From: Proteromonas lacertae
Lineage: Eukaryota
Assembly (NCBI GenBank): GCA_002245135.1
Contig: NGBS01001211.1
Location: 1 to 39,668 of the forward strand
DNA length: 39,668 bases
Direction of reading: 5' to 3'
The position numbers were made by a program, and so were the translations under genes. Below the pieces are notes generated by a model. That model did no database searches, was not told the origin of the DNA, and worked only from the letters and a program-made list of their open reading frames with translations. Below, in pieces: positions 38,701 through 39,668 of this stretch; position 1 is the first letter of the stretch; every line of letters starts with the position of its first letter.

Positions 38701-39668
38701 GTTCTCAGTTTTCAAGAAGTATGTTGATATTGAGTGATACTATAAAATTACAAACACATGTTTATAATCTTAGTAGTTTAAATGATTCTTATATTCCAGA
38801 TGATTTTGATATTGAAAGTTTAGATAAAGATTCAGTTATATTTTTAAGTGTGATTAAAGAAAATAATGTTCAAGCGTTAATTGGTTGTGTAAACAGAATA
38901 TAAATATGACAAAAACATATGTTGTATCAATTTCTTTAGATAGATATTTAATGGAATATATCCCTGCAAAATGTCTAGCTGATAGTTATATATTAACTGC
39001 CTTTATTAAAGAAATGGGTTTAAAACATCTGATACAATGACATATAAATCTACAAGTAAATCATTTATTGAAGCGATGAATGATCGTTATGGTGAAAACT
39101 CAATTATTACATCAGAAACTGAGAATGGATATATAAGTGTAACATTATGGTCAAATATAATTACATCTTATACAAAATCGTTTGATAATGTCAAGATTAG
39201 AAGCGCTTTGTATGGTTACATCAGTAGGTCCATCAGGAACAATTGAAATGAGTACTGATGGTTTTGCCAATAGAATAATATTTAGTGAAAGTGTCAAATG
39301 ATCTTAGTTTATCTGTGGTTGATTATGCATCTCAGCCTGAAGCTGCTGATGCTTGGAATGATATATTCCCTGAGAATGAAGGATATAAATGTGATTGGAC
39401 AATTGAAACATCTTCATCATCATCAAGGTTATTAGATGAAGAAGATTACACAAGATATAGACCAAAATCATTAAAGTTAGTATTTTTCCATGATACAACA
39501 GGAACTAGAAGTGTAGAAGTAAACTCAATGTTAACGGAATATTCGCTAGTTCAAGAAATAAACACAAATGGAGGAATAAATGTTATTTATTAATCCTGAA
39601 TTCATATTTGGTAGTAGTTTAGATGAATTTAGTAATTTAACAAGTAGATATATTGATGATGATGAAGT
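29781..39668 (+). CDS. Giant secreted/surface protein with at least 9 tandem type-1 periplasmic-binding (UrtA/AmiC-like) domains; 3' end outside window
   Basis: Signal peptide MSLHKIGVISYFIFLCFFFVALS. Introns 30178-30208, 31147-31176, ~31449-31475, 31877-31913, 33408-33439, 33590-33625 and 33790-33822 join the ORFs; indels near 31430 and after 37800. UrtA-like motifs ITIGILTSFSG...AVDEINNSGGIIGRKI, LWYPSLFEGQECDSNTYYTG and FFPYAFEGYECSENVIY recur every ~1.15-1.3 kb. Confidence 0.85.

Noticed and set aside
39405..39450. SSSSSRLLDEED linker resembling oomycete RxLR-dEER
   Set aside because: Not an RxLR match, and it lies thousands of residues from the signal peptide; at most a flexible or cleavable linker.
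1160..39498. Short antisense or alternative-frame ORFs in the track (e.g. 2898, 3681, 6226, 12587, 12618, 14573, 21381, 21813, 36964)
   Set aside because: They are shadows of real genes with Leu/Tyr/His-rich or low-complexity translations and no recognisable motifs.
1..39668. Alternative genetic code or stop-codon reassignment
   Set aside because: Conserved genes (CWC27, SERCA, UBL5) translate fully in the standard code, with TGG for Trp and CAA for Gln; ORF breaks are explained by introns or indels.
29781..39668. Bacterial urea ABC transporter operon or bacterial contaminant
   Set aside because: Spliceosomal introns, one signal peptide, no permease or ATPase genes, and contiguity with eukaryotic genes of similar composition.

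Overview
AT-rich, gene-dense eukaryotic (protist) nuclear DNA using the standard code, with about 30 tiny GT-AG introns (25-48 nt, mostly GTAT... donors). I infer a stramenopile, most like an AT-rich Blastocystis lineage. Two giant secreted or surface proteins run off the window ends. Left (minus strand, 10443 to <1, >3,400 aa): an adhesin-like protein made of a ~1,600-aa super-module (putative-Ig, PA14 x2, galactose-binding jelly roll, F5/8 discoidin-like, Cys-rich HRM-like) present twice. Right (plus strand, 29781 to >39668, >3,100 aa): a signal-peptide protein made of at least 9 tandem bacterial UrtA/AmiC-type periplasmic-binding (Venus-flytrap) domains. Between them lie a TOG/HEAT-like protein, an uncharacterised stramenopile domain protein, CWC27, a secreted legume-type lectin, a multipass membrane protein, SERCA (start codon split by an intron), mitochondrial S18, an EF-hand protein, UBL5/Hub1 (absent from the ORF track), a disrupted type-I membrane protein and a divergent HSF-domain gene. 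Many single-base indels, mostly in homopolymers, including one inside a conserved SERCA motif and denser at both ends, indicate unpolished long-read sequence rather than real frameshifts. All domain calls are from motif recognition by eye; no searches were run.
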